A DNA stretch of 64,000 nt from contig NC_042999.1 of the NCBI RefSeq assembly GCF_006345805.1, forward strand, positions 80,228,001 through 80,292,000, in the 5' to 3' direction. Shown here one piece after another: positions 13,743-27,729 of the stretch. The DNA is from Octopus sinensis (Eukaryota). Both the position numbers and the translations under genes were made by a program. The notes below the pieces were generated by a model. That model saw only the letters and a list, made by a program, of their open reading frames with translations, searched no databases and had not been told where the DNA came from. How positions within the stretch are numbered: position 1 is the stretch's first letter; each line of letters begins with the position of its first letter.

Positions 13743-14022
13743 AACAACTTTTGTCTTGAGTAGGATGAATCTGGTTATCAGCCGAGTCCATTTTGAGGAT
13801 CGCCCCGCCGCCTTCGTTTGGCTGGGAGAGAAAGGTAGTTTTCCTCTGCCTGGTGGCTACAGCAAAAGCGGTAGTATGGTGAACGGGGCTGAAAGGACTG
13901 AAGATAGACACTGTCCTCTTCAGCCGAGCCCTCATCGACCTTTTCGAGTTCCACTAGAAAAGGAAAGTGAGGGTAGAGAGAGAAGTACTCACCCGCTCAA
14001 TAATTTTGTGGTCAATAAAGAA
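13743..14022 (+). mobile_element. Tx1/L1-clade LINE ORF2 C-terminal fragment
   Basis: Translates as LSAESILRIAPPPSFGWERKVVFLCLVATAKAVVW*TGLKGLKIDTVLFSRALIDLFEFH*KRKVRVERE; homologous to 14200-14400 and 40771-41000. Confidence 0.7.
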
Positions 14023-14041
14023 AGGATTATTATTATCATTA

Positions 14042-14130
14042 TAAGGTGACGAGCTGGCAGAATCGTTAGCACGCCGTGCGAAATGCCTTTGTTATGATTT
14101 TCGTATTTGCTTACGATCCTAGAATCAAAA
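14042..14130 (+). mobile_element. SINE-B 5' head fragment
   Basis: aaggtgacgagctggcagaatcgttagcacgccgtgcgaaatgc. Confidence 0.75.
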
Positions 14131-14199
14131 GAACATGATGGATCAATTAGTAGGTAACCTAACTTTTCCTCATCAATTATTGTTATGTTTGGTCTATTA

Positions 14200-14632
14200 T
14201 TCTCTACCTTCTTCTCCGTTTGAATAGGGAAGTCCTACAGAACCTTACAATTCTCCTCATTGGCTTTTTCAAGTTCCACTTGAAAAGGAAAGTGAAGGTA
14301 GAGAGGGAAGTACTCCCCCACCCGAGTAATTTTGTTGAAAGTTGGGTGAATATTTTAAAAATTGTTCGTGTGAATGGGCCTACTCTGAATATTCGCCTGT
14401 AAGCCTGCTCAGCGCAGTAGAGGGGAAGAGGTGTGCCTAGCTGGCGTGCCCTTGGCACTCGGGGTGACTGCTTATTTGGCCCTGGGTGGAATTCCCCGCT
14501 ATTGGGAAATTTTGTTAGATATTTTTTAAAACTGGTTTTGCTTTTTATTGTTTACACGATTTCTGTTTTAAACCGCACTTGTTCCTTGTTTTGTATTGTC
14601 TCTATATAGTTTTAGAGTTCGGCCCTTGTGGC
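14200..14632 (+). mobile_element. Tx1/L1-clade LINE 3' end (ORF2 end plus 3' UTR)
   Basis: LIGFFKFHLKRKVKVEREVL...FVESWVNILKIVRVNGPTL, then a UTR ending ggcccttgtggccaataataat. Confidence 0.7.
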
Positions 14633-15160
<528 letters not shown>

Positions 15161-15162
15161 CA

Positions 15163-15190
15163 TATAATAATAATAATAATGATAATGATA

Positions 15191-15244
<54 letters not shown>

Positions 15245-15320
15245 TAATAATAATAATAATAATGATGATAATAATTGTTGTTGTTGTTGCTGTTGTTATT
15301 ATTATTATTATTATTTATTA
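15163..15320. repeat. (AAT)n-(GTT)n-(ATT)n compound microsatellite
   Basis: Directly visible. Confidence 0.95.
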
Positions 15321-15321
15321 T

Positions 15322-15553
15322 CCTTATATATTGCCTTTGCACACCTTCTAACACTGGAGATGTACTACGGTGCCAGTTGTTCACTACCAGTTAACTAAGG
15401 TAACACCCACCTTGTTTTCGAGCACCATCCGGAGTATTCGAGCACTTCCAAGCAGTACTACTATCTGCAAGTGCTCCACCCTTATTGCAGCCCATATTTG
15501 TTCCATGTACTTTTCAAGATTTATACTCACTGTTCCCAAGGCTCCGACAACTA
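15322..15553 (-). mobile_element. R4/Dong-type LINE 3' end, family A, heavily 5'-truncated
   Basis: ORF track IVVGALGTVSINLEKYMEQIWAAIRVEHLQIVVLLGSARILRMVLE plus the same 3' UTR. Confidence 0.85.
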
Positions 15554-16559
15554 TCATCATCATCATTGTCTATTAACCGAAAAATTTCTCTAATACTAAT
15601 CTAAAACATGCCAATAAGAATTCTTAGGTGTGTCAGTTGAAGTCTGTGATCACAGAGCAGGAGCCAGTTCTCTCCCTCCCTCCTGGTTCTGCCCATAAAA
15701 TTTGAATTACTATCAGATAAAATTTGTTATAAACGGGTATCGAACCGAATCATAATTGTCCGTATTAATGAGGGAAAAATACGTCTGATTTCTTTACCAG
15801 ATTTTTTAAAAAAAGTTAGTATCTGGTCTTAAGTTACTATTTGATTCTGAAATTCTATCGATTTGTACGTCCATTCGAGAATATTTTCTGCTTTACCTTC
15901 CATGTTACATACTTAAAAATTTATATTTAGATTTTCAGTTTTTATTTTGCAAATATTTTAAATATAATTTAATTACTTTTCGCAAAGCATCTAGCAATAT
16001 CTTGCGGCACAACATTTGGGGAATCAGCAGTCTAGTTACTAGAGTAGAAAATAGAGGAAGTGATGCAATCTTATATATGTATCACACACACACACACACA
16101 CACACACACCACACACACAAGTATAAAAAATATGTTTTATCATAATCATCATCATCATCATCGACTTCGTCGTCGTCATCGTCATTATTATTATTATGAA
16201 TATTATTATCATCTATATGTATTTTGCGCACTTTTCTTTTCTCCTCTATGTAAACCATTGAGCACCCTCACACACATACATAAATACACGTACATACTCA
16301 AAGAGAGAGAGAGAGAGAATGGGAGAGAGAGAGAGAAAGGGGGCAGGTGGGAGTAAGAGAAAGAGAGAGAGATAGAGAGAGAAAGAGCGAGAGTTAAAGA
16401 GAGAATGAAGAAGAGAGCAGTGCAGATGAGTAACTTTTGTTTTATGGCGGAATCAATGTTGAAGGTGTTGATCTACATCATCAGTAACTGTCCGAAAATA
16501 TGATTTGTGGTACACAAAACAAAATTAATAGAATAAAAGAAACACTCGCCAACATCATA

Positions 16560-17230
16560 ACGGAAATACAAATAATTTAGTAGACCAAACTATATTGAAA
16601 TACAGAAACAAATTCATCACATTAAACGTAACAGACGCAACACTAACTAAAAACAACCTATACGTGAACCAAATACACATTGGCTGGAGACTAGATGAAA
16701 ATGTTATCAAAACTCACATCAAACAGTGTATAAATTGAATTATTGTTACCATATTTAATGCAGTGAGCATTAAAAAGCTAATTAGAAAGGAGTATTAAAT
16801 TATGTATTATAAAAGGCTAAAATTAAAAATCTCTTCATCAGTAACAAACCACGTAACTGTAATCTACTGCATAAATTTCAGACGACTAATTTTATTTGGA
16901 AGTTCGTATGCAAACATGGAATTTGTAAACTTTTATACTTTTGACTACTACCTTGAGTATACAAGTACGATACTTTGTCGCTGATAAACCATGCATCTAC
17001 AACAAAGGGCCGTTACAACACACTATGATACGAAACACAAAACAAACAAGGAGACAAAATATTAATTGATAACAAAATAATATTATGTAGGAGACACCAA
17101 GCAATTAGAAATTTAGTAAAGTCGGGACTTATACTTAATGAAGTTAACCTCATTGTAGATAGGAATAAAGGCAAATCTTGTAAAGAAATACACGATTGAC
17201 ATCTGAATTTAAGTTGATTACATAATGGAA
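16560..17230 (+). mobile_element. Degenerate Penelope-like element (GIY-YIG relic, second PLE family)
   Basis: KIKNLFISNKPRNCNLLHKFQTTNFIWKFVCKHGIC, then YYLEYTSTILCR**TMHLQQRAV..H, resembling the PLE motif YIG.T.TTL.RRL..H. Confidence 0.5.
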
Positions 17231-17647
17231 TGTACGGGAGAGAGATTCAGCTCTGTTGTAAATAGTGTGACAACTTAAGAATACGTTTCGGATTTATTCG
17301 TTCTGTACGCAGCATACTCTTACTGGATGTTATAATCTGTGAGACTATATTAGTCATGGAAAATATATCAATAGCGAACTATAACGCAAAACTAAAGGCA
17401 CATATAGTGCAATCTAGCAATGTTTTAGCAACACAATTATTTACTGCCCGCTAAAAGAAATCTGATGTCAGCAATTAATGCAATGTTTGATAAGGAAACA
17501 AAAGCACACATAATAGCGTTCACATGTATTCACCCCCACCCCTATGCAATGGTTATCATCTGACATAAATTTGTAGCCCCCAGAAGATGCGGCTCATACA
17601 CTCTTCTCCATACACTTTCTTCGAATTGCGTAGCCCTCTGAGCAGGT

Positions 17648-17823
17648 ATCACCATGACAACTTATTCTGTCATGGTCAATGCGAAAATTACGCGCTACAC
17701 TCATTCCTTCCAGCGGAAGTGAGCTAGAACGTTAAAACTTAGTGCTCATGTACAGCAGAGCTCAAGGTCAATCTATGCCCAGCAGCTTTACTCTGCATGA
17801 TTTAGCTTTGTTACTATGGCAAC
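17648..17823. promoter_or_regulatory. Candidate RFX/ETS regulatory module
   Basis: X-box-like atcaccatgacaac (17648-17661) and gttactatggcaac (17810-17823) fit RYYNYYWWRRNRAC; ETS-like gcggaagtg at 17713-17721; non-repetitive, relatively GC-rich context. Confidence 0.35.
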
Positions 17824-17924
17824 AGTGCGGATACATATTGATCAGGTCTCATATATATATATATATATAATATATATATATATATTATATATATAATATA
17901 TACACATACGTACATATCTATATG

Positions 17925-18155
17925 TGTGTGTCTTTGTGTTCGTGTATGTCCCCCCATCACTGCTTGACAACCAGTGTTGATGTGTTTACGTTCTCGTAAC
18001 TTAGCTGTTCGGGAAAAGGAAAACGATAAAATAAGTACGATGCTTCAAATAAAACATCCTATGATCGAAATGTTTAACTAAAAAAGACTCCCACAAGGTG
18101 GTGCTCCAGCATGGCTGCAGTGAAATGACTGAAACAGGTAAAAGAACAAAAAGCT
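17925..18155 (+). mobile_element. SINE-A right half
   Basis: tgcttgacaaccagtgttgatgtgtttacg...ggtgctccagcatggctgcagtgaaatgactgaaacagg. Confidence 0.8.
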
Positions 18156-18184
18156 ACTCGGATAGAAATTAATGCCGACGACCA

Positions 18185-18365
<181 letters not shown>

Positions 18366-18543
18366 AAGAGATGGGTTTTGGTTGGTTGATTGAAAGATCA
18401 TACATGCGGCGTTTAACGTGGAGCGAGCACTTTTGCTGGGTGTTGTAGCCTAACCCTCTCCCCCACACACATGATAAGTTAGATAACTTAGAATGCATAA
18501 ACATATGTGTGTGTATGTATATATATATAAACATATGTGTGTG

Positions 18544-18645
<102 letters not shown>

Positions 18646-19299
18646 ATATGCACACTGAGAACTAAACTCTCCTGTATGTATATAGCATATTCTCCCCCAA
18701 ACCTGTATTAATACCTACGTAGCAGTATACCTACATGCTTGCATAAATACACATTTACGTACGTATATTTTCTTGACGCGCCATTACGATATATGCTTCG
18801 ATCTAATGTGCAAAATCATCTCGTTATTTACATTCCGGCAATTGAGATGTAAGTATAGCATATGCATCTGCTTCGTGGATAAATTATTGCTGTCTAGTTC
18901 GTTGCGTTCTTTCCTTCAGTTTATCTGGCGGCAATACGATAAAAACGGAGTGATTTGAAAAGATTGTGTTTGCAGGATATTACATTTTTACATTTCCGAT
19001 TACCTTATCTGCTAAAAGTATTTTGCGTCCCTCCGTTGTACAAAGTGTACAATTTTTTTTTTCTGTGTATGCTTGGGTTGTTGCGGTGATACTACATCGC
19101 AGTTTAAAACTAATAACTCGATGTTTTACACACCCAGTATTTATATATGTGCTTGGGTATATGTGAGTACACACACGCACATGCATACATACATATGAAT
19201 ACACGTGTGTGTGTGCGTGCGTGTTTATGAGTGCAATATGTGTGTATGTTTGTGTGTGCACAGATATGTGCATATATAAGTTATATAAATGCGTGGATA

Positions 19300-19332
<33 letters not shown>

Positions 19333-20144
19333 ATTTAAATATACGGGTCACTAAATTTCATAGCTCTCTGAATCCCTTAATCCCTTCCCACTAACTTCAA
19401 CGAGTGTTGAAGGAAAACAAATGATAAAACGATCTAATAAAACCATTAATCAGAAAACAGTCTGTTATCTCTGTCAGGCGTCTTTCTGGCCACATTTAAA
19501 CTCCTATATACCTCCTTTCATATTTTATGAGGCTTTTAGTCACCTTGCATCAGTTATAAACTGTTTCTTCAATTTAATTGAATCCAGTCGCTCACTATCT
19601 TCACGGTGGTTACTTCTTTCAACATTTCTAAAATACGATAATGTTACGCATAAAGGTTACACCTCTTTGATGATTTAACAACATATATTGATTGTATATT
19701 TTTGTAACCAATTATCACTTTTTGTTACTGAAACGTACGTAAAATAGTGTAACTAAATGTTTTACAAACAATCTTTCATATTTTTCTTTCTCTAACTGAG
19801 TGCGGGTCTCTGTATCTATATTATTTATATATTCGTGTATACATACGTGTAAATATATAAATGTACAAACGTACACATACAAAACATATATAGAGCGGAA
19901 GTTTAAAAATAAATAGAAATTATTTCCCACTGTCTACGCACCATGTAGAGATGAAGAGAGCTGGGAAACAGTAACTGCGAAACGGATGGATTATGGACGA
20001 TACGTTAACTCCTATTGCTTAAAAAATAGAAATTCTACATATAAACTTTTAGTTCTATACGCTTTTGATAAGTGAGGTATTTTAGCCAAGCAATATGCAA
20101 CACACACACACGCACACACACATTTGCGTGTATGTATGTGTATG

Positions 20145-20191
<47 letters not shown>

Positions 20192-20345
20192 ATAGGATCA
20201 GTAAAAAGCACTCTGTTTAGCAAATGAAAAAAACATTTAACGACTACATGGGTTATATGTGAATTACTTTCAAGTTTTATACCCGAGTAATGTTGTAAAT
20301 TGAATAGAGTACGTGCACGATCTAGCACATTTGAGGAAACATGAA

Positions 20346-20410
<65 letters not shown>

Positions 20411-20411
20411 T

Positions 20412-20625
20412 TTATGCTGTACTTGTTTCTGCTCTTAGACTGCGGTTATACTGGAGCACCTCCTTGAAGAATTTTAGTCGAACGAATAGACCGCAGTAAT
20501 CAAAGTTTTAAAGCCTGGTACTTATGCTATCGGTCTTTTTGCCCAATCGCTAAGTTACGGGAACGTAAAGACACCAACACCGGTTGTCAAGCGGTTGCTA
20601 GGGATAAACACAGACAGAAAGACAT
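20412..20625 (-). mobile_element. SINE-A right half, minus strand
   Basis: Reverse complement of the SINE-A tail and core (ctggagcacc, gctaagttacggg, ggttgtcaagc). Confidence 0.75.
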
Positions 20626-20630
20626 ACACA

Positions 20631-20960
<330 letters not shown>

Positions 20961-21365
20961 GAATAGCTGAAGAAATTTCTTTAGCTGCTATTTCTAATGA
21001 GTTCAGTATGTGGCAAAGTATTTATTTTACTAAGCCCTTATATATAATGTAATATTTTGAATTCGCCTATAATGGGCCCTTTACATACTGAATACTTGGT
21101 GAAATTGATTAATAATTAATTAATTTTACCCTCAATTGTTGAAATTATAATTCATCTCTCTCTGCTAAGTGCTGCGGTTTTCACCGTTAATACATGGTGT
21201 TTGTCAATTTTAACCCACGCTGGTGGAAAGGGGAGAGCAGAAATTCTTCGCTTGCATATTCGAATTTGATAGCACTTTTAGTTCGAGCAGAATTCTAGAG
21301 GTGATTAGAAGCCGAAAGGTTATGCTCCCGACTTTCAGTGTTACCAAATCCGATTCAAGGAATTC

Positions 21366-21417
21366 TGAGCTGAAGAAAGAAATGTCGAATTGACTCATCT
21401 AGAAACGTACGTTCTCA
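21366..21417 (+). ncRNA. Minimal type-I hammerhead ribozyme motif, copy 1 (possibly attenuated)
   Basis: Stem I tgag(21366-69)/ctca(21414-17); core CTGAAGA 21370-76; imperfect stem II (aga..gtc/gac..tct); GAAAC 21402-06; palindromic loop GTAC; GT-T cleavage triplet at 21411-13. Confidence 0.55.
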
Positions 21418-21922
21418 AATAACCTTTGCACTTGATTTTTTAATGTTTTTTTCCCCATACTTTTGTGAGTTAGTTTAGGCAAACACTATCTGAGAGAGAT
21501 CTTCTTTAAGTATTAGAAATAGCTGAAGAAATTTCTTTAGCTGCTATTTCTAATGAGTTCAGTATGTGGCAAAGTAATTTATTTTACTAAGCCCTTATAT
21601 ATAATGTAATATTTTGAATTCGCCTATAATGGTCCCTTTACATACTGAATACTTGGTGAAATTGATTAATAATTAATTAATTTTACCCTCAATTGTTGAA
21701 ATTATAATTCATCTCTCTCTGCTAAATGCTGCGGTTTTCACCGTTAATACATGGTGTTTGTCAATTTTAACCCACGCTGGTGGAAAGGGGAGAGCAGAAA
21801 TTCTTCGCTTGCATATTCGAATTTGATAGCACTTTTAGTTCGAGCAGAATTCTAGAGGTGATTAGAAGCCGAAAGGGTATGCTCCCGACTTTCAGTGTTC
21901 CCAAATCCGATTCAAGGAATTC

Positions 21923-21974
21923 TGAGCTGAAGAAAGAAATGTCGAATTGACTAATCTAGAAACGTACGTTCTCA
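21923..21974 (+). ncRNA. Minimal type-I hammerhead ribozyme motif, copy 2
   Basis: Same motif 557 bp downstream: tgag CTGAAGA aagaaatgtcgaattgactaatcta GAAAC GTAC GTT ctca. Confidence 0.55.
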
Positions 21975-22161
21975 AATAACCTTTGCACTTGATTTTTTAA
22001 TGTTTTTTCCCCCATACTTTTGTGAGTTAGTTTAGGCAAACACTATCTGAGAGAGATCTTCTTTAAGTATTAGAAATAGCTGAAGAAATTTCTTAGCTGC
22101 TATTTCTAATGAGTTCAGTATGTGGCAAAGTAATTTATTTTACTAAGCCCTTATATATAAT

Positions 22162-22247
<86 letters not shown>

Positions 22248-22309
22248 GTATATATATATTTAAATAATGAGGGAGATAAATTAATGAGGGAGCCTGCCAA
22301 TATACACAT

Positions 22310-22431
22310 GTATATATATATATGTATATATATATAGTGTATATATATATGTGTATATATATATATGTCTATATATATATATGTATATATATATATGTCT
22401 ATATATGTATATATATATATATATGTATATA

Positions 22432-22463
<32 letters not shown>

Positions 22464-22561
22464 GTATATATATATAGTGTATATATATATGTATATATAT
22501 ATATATATGCATATATATGTATATATATGTATATATATATATATGTATATATATATGTATG

Positions 22562-22593
<32 letters not shown>

Positions 22594-22633
22594 TAATATA
22601 TAATATATATATATATATATGTATATATATATG

Positions 22634-22688
<55 letters not shown>

Positions 22689-22768
22689 TCTACAGGCTTT
22701 TTTCAGTTTCCGTCTATCAAATCCGTTCACAAGGCTTTCGTCAGTCTGAGGCTATTGTAGAAAACACA
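22310..22768 (-). mobile_element. SINE-A left-half fragment (22690-22768) with an expanded TA-rich microsatellite
   Basis: caggcttttttcagtttccgtctatcaaatccgttcacaaggct is the reverse complement of the SINE-A left half, next to ~380 bp of TA/TG repeat. Confidence 0.7.
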
Positions 22769-22799
22769 ATTAAAAAACAACAAAATTAATAATCGTTTC

Positions 22800-22985
22800 T
22801 GCTATAGGCATAAGGCTTGAATTTTTGTGTGGAAGGGGACAATCGATCACATTGAACCCAGTACGTGACTGGTACTTTATTTAGGGATCGTGAAAGGATG
22901 ACAAGCAAAGTCGACCTCGGTGGAATTTGATCTCAGAACGTAGCGACAGACGAAATACTGCTAAGTATTTCGCTCGGCATGCTTA
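22800..22985 (-). mobile_element. SINE-B (tail type 2)
   Basis: aaagtcgacctcggtggaatttgatctcagaacg...gacgaaatac on the reverse strand. Confidence 0.8.
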
Positions 22986-23023
22986 CAATTATGTTGCTCG
23001 AATAATCATAGTAGTAGTAGTAG

Positions 23024-23054
<31 letters not shown>

Positions 23055-23535
23055 AATAAATACAGAGACTGCATGTGCCTAGAAACGGTGGCAGAAGGGG
23101 ATGCAAGATCTGTTTTGTCAACGAGAAGAACAATCTGGGATGGTGCCCCAAACAGCAGAGTGAAACCTTGCTTGCCGCTGTTAGAATTAACAATACAATT
23201 CCTACCGAAAATGTGATGCAGCCACAAATATCTAAAACAAACAAGGTGAAGAAGAAAGAGTAAACAACTGGAAAATAAGCCACTGCATGGGCAATACCTC
23301 AGAGAAATTGAAGGAAAAAACAAGGTCAACACTTGGAGATGGCTAAGAAAAAATGATATGAAAGGATGCACCAAGGCATTGATATGCAGCACTCAGGAAC
23401 AAGCTCTGAGAACTAATTACATAAAGTTCCAAACAAATAAGAGTAGCAAATCTCCCCTTTGTAGGATGTGTGGTAACAGAAACGAAACAGTCTTACATAT
23501 TGTGAGTGTGTGTAGCAAGATGGCCCAAAAGGAGG
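23055..23535 (+). mobile_element. R4/Dong-type LINE internal fragment (post-RT region and CCHC finger), family A
   Basis: KPLHGQYLREIEGK...WRWLRKNDMKGCTKALICSTQEQALRTNYIK...SPLCRMCGNRNETVLHIVSVCSKMAQKE. Confidence 0.85.
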
Positions 23536-23549
23536 TACGTGTGTATAGT

Positions 23550-23770
23550 GTGTAGACTTTGAACGATTTGAAGGAAGCTATTCGCGTGGAAGTCGCCCAA
23601 ACCGACAGAGGAATGCATCAATGAAAACGGACACCATATGATGGATGTTGTTTCCCAAACTTGATTTCGACAAATGCTAATTCAATACGAACACATTGAT
23701 GTCAATTTGTTTGCTACTAAAATTAATAGTTTTTTGAATTTTTCGAAAGCGTCCTTCCTCTCTGCTCCTG
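23550..23770 (+). mobile_element. Tc1/mariner-superfamily transposon 3' relic
   Basis: TLNDLKEAIRVEVAQ...CINENGHHMMDVV resembles a Tc1-like transposase C-terminus; ends ...ctctgctcctgta. Confidence 0.5.
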
Positions 23771-23995
23771 TATGTCCTCACTTCGAAGATAACTAAACAG
23801 CCGGACCCTGATAAAGTACCGATAATATTGCAAGGTAGTCGGTGGAGTGGAAACACGTGTCGGTAATTATAATATGCTGCATATAACTTTAAAATAAGTT
23901 TTGTGAATGTACAAGTCTCCATACTCTTTTTCCTTCTTAATATATATGAAGATGTCTATATATATATGTATGTATGTATATCCACGCACACATAC

Positions 23996-24043
23996 ACACA
24001 CGCGCGTGGACACACACGCGCGTGGACGCACACGCGCGTGGAC
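23996..24043. repeat. Three copies of a 16-bp unit (a/g)cacacgcgcgtggac
   Basis: Directly visible. Confidence 0.9.
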
Positions 24044-24061
24044 ACACACACGCACACACAT

Positions 24062-24093
<32 letters not shown>

Positions 24094-25068
24094 GACATAT
24101 ATGTATATATTTATGTAAGTGTATGTATGAATATATATGTATCAGATGATGCCGTTTTCATTTTGATTGTTTCCTAGGGAATCTATGTTAAAGTACTTAA
24201 ATACAGGCTTATAATTGTATTGTAGATGGACACAGAAAAACAGACGCCCAAACACTCACAAACACGCTCACGAACTCACACATACGCATATATATATATG
24301 TGTGTGTGTGTACGTACACTTCTGTGTGCTTATGTGTGTGTCTTGAGCCTGTATTTGTGTGGAATTTGTGACTATCTTGTTTGCCAGTAATTTTACCATC
24401 ACCCTCTTTCCCTCTCTTTCCCTCTCTTTATCTCTCTCTCACTTTCACTCAAACTTCCTGTTTATTTAAATATTTATATAAACGCGTGGATGGTAATTTG
24501 CTATATTTGATTTCCAATGCTTATTCTGTTTCTGTTACTGCCTCAACATCTTTTTCGTTATGTCTATACTTTCGTTTATTTTTATTTACTTATATATATA
24601 TTTATACGTGAATATTCATCTGTATGTATTTTATTGGATGTTTTTTTCCTGTATTAATATTTCTCATTCCTATTGAATTTCTTCTATTTTTTTTGTGTTG
24701 TTAATTTATTGGGCCTCTTTCAGCTGTTTATTTTATTTCTATTATCAGTTATCTCACTATAATAGCCAGTTCCGCGTGTGATTTGATAAGGGCTGAAGCA
24801 ATTTGATGGTCCGGAATTTTACAGTTTATTTTCTACAGATGACTTGATTTAAGGACGCATCGCCAGGAAAAATAGAAATGAGAACAGACAACAAATAAAA
24901 TAAGAGAGCGTTGAAAGGAAAAACGATTAGTGTAATTTTGGCAACAGTTTCAATAAACGAATATTGCAACTGCTTCTCATGCTGCTGGCTGCTGTGCGGC
25001 CTTCAGCTTATGCTAGATTTCATTAAGAAATCATTATTATTGAAAATGAAGAAAGAAAAAAATATTAT

Positions 25069-25553
<485 letters not shown>

Positions 25554-25580
25554 TAAAGGGCATCGTTATTATTATTATTA

Positions 25581-25626
<46 letters not shown>

Positions 25627-25645
25627 CATTATTATTATTATTATT

Positions 25646-26188
25646 GAGTGAGAGAGCAGTGCATGCCATCAAAGTGACACTGGGGTAAAATATATGAAGC
25701 CCAGTATACCCATCATGACTACCCGTCTGATAAGGGTACACCAGGTACATGCATCACAACCATATGTGCGCGACATGGTGATCTCATATGAAGATAAACA
25801 GCGCATGACCTTGCAGGTGGGGCCCAGTTAGAATTGTCTTCTGGTGGAGTAGCCCATCCCGCTCAAAAGGTCCCTGAGTAAGGATTATTTAAGGATGTTG
25901 AACAAAACACCCATGTTTCCAGTGGTGAATTATTCAAACCCCAAAGAATCCCTCTCAACACATGGCTATGATGTTCCCCCACTACTTCTGCTTGTGATCA
26001 GAGATGCACATATCGTCAGCCACTAAGGGACATGCTCAACTGGTTAAGGTCAAACAACTGACAAGCAAATCTGTGGTATTGAGCAGAATATTTGCTGTAG
26101 CCCATCTTTTATACCAGACAAAACAATGTACATGATAACGCTTCCAATCAGTTAAGATCAGAAGTCACGAGAGCCACTGCCTGGTACT
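25646..26188 (-). mobile_element. 544-bp non-coding (AAT)n-embedded element X
   Basis: Reverse complement of 51970-52513 with few differences; ATT repeats on both flanks. Confidence 0.85.
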
Positions 26189-26199
26189 TATTATTAAGG

Positions 26200-26418
26200 G
26201 CAAGGCCGTGAGCTGACACAACCGCTAGTACGTCGAGAAAAATGCTTAGCGGCAATTCATCCTGCTCTTTAGTTTCTGAGTTCAAATTCCGCTGAAGTTG
26301 ATGCTACTTTTCATTGTTACGGGATCAGTAAAATAAATATTCATTAAGTACTAATGTAGATTCAGTCAACTTCCTCCCCACTCTCAAAAGCTGTTTTTCC
26401 CGTGCCAAAATTTGAAGC
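26200..26418 (+). mobile_element. Degenerate SINE-B (tail type 2) followed by (AAG)n
   Basis: atgcttagcggc...ctgagttcaaattccgc...gtgccaaaatttgaag. Confidence 0.65.
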
Positions 26419-27729
26419 AAGAAGAAGAAGAAGAAGAGGCGGAGGAGGAGGAGGAAGAAGGAGAAGAAGAGCAACAACAACAGCAACAATAAGAATGAGG
26501 CGCTGTTCCACATTCAAAAATCCATAAATGGCATGAATGCTTGGAAAATTTTCGAGCAATGCCGATGAGAATTTAAGTAAACTATATAAGGTAATATCAA
26601 TAAATCAAAAGAGAAATCATATTGTAATACTTACATAAGTTGTTCAACGAGCCTATTACGCTTAAACAATTTCTATCTTGTATTTGGAGAGGTGATTCGT
26701 ACCCGAAATATTATAGAATTATTAAAGAACTTATGTAAGTTAACACAGTATCTTCTCTCTTTTCGTTTTTCGTTTCTTGACATCACTCTACATAATTTGC
26801 CAAAATTATCACCTACCTTGTTCAAAGGATTTTGAAACACTTATATTATAGGCAGACATTGCTACGCTTCAAGCAAATTACGATGCTCTCTTAAAATTTA
26901 TTATTTCAATTGTCTTCGCTTGCAAAAACACTTCAAACAGAATACCTAACCATCTCACCTCTGTGATAAAAACTCTCAAGCATTTTGTTTATTTTTTATT
27001 CCGACTCCCAACACCCCTAGCCATATTAGGTTACAGATCATACTGATATATGTGCTAGTATCGTGAATCAGCAGCACGACGATACACTCTCTCGATATTA
27101 ACGGAATTCATTAAAGTTTGTAACACTAATTCTGTCATATATTATTTGATTATTTTTTCATAATTTATAAATCATATTGAGTTAATCATTTAAGTTTTGT
27201 AATAATATATAAATTTTCAGCTAAAAGCCACAAAGGGTTAAAAATGTTTAAGCTAACAATATATATTTAATTTTTATTTTTTGAAAAAATCATTAGTTTG
27301 GCTCAAGACCAGAACGTTGGGAATTTTAGTTTGAATCAATGCCAGTACAAACTGTTGCATATTTCATCAGGGCTAATAATACTTATCTATGACTTTATCA
27401 ATAGCGTCATTCATTTTTTTCCAAATTGAAACATGAATTCAGACAGTTACATTCAATTACTGCATAGTTCATTAACATTTCATTGAAAGTAATGGCAACT
27501 TCGGACAAAGAAGAAAGGCCGAGAGAAACCCTTATTTAAAGCCTTTCTCTTTTTTTCAATCTACAACTGAATACAAATCATTTATGCGAGAATAAAATAG
27601 AAATTATATTTACAACAATGATGTACAATTTGCGAGAGATTTTGCTGTCATAGGTAGCAGCCAAATAATATTCAAATTATTCATTACTCATTGAAAAACA
27701 AGACAGGAGAGATTAGACATGTTGGTCAC

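Noticed and set aside
26629-26740. 13-bp inverted repeat and a 36-codon open frame ending at a gtaagt donor
   Set aside because: No credible acceptor, no recognisable protein, and the inverted repeat alone explains the donor-like motif on both strands.
27043-27085. ctgatatat gtgct...agcac gacg as a hammerhead relic after a possible GIY-YIG remnant (26800-27000)
   Set aside because: Stem II pairs, but both core segments deviate and the upstream PLE assignment is itself weak.
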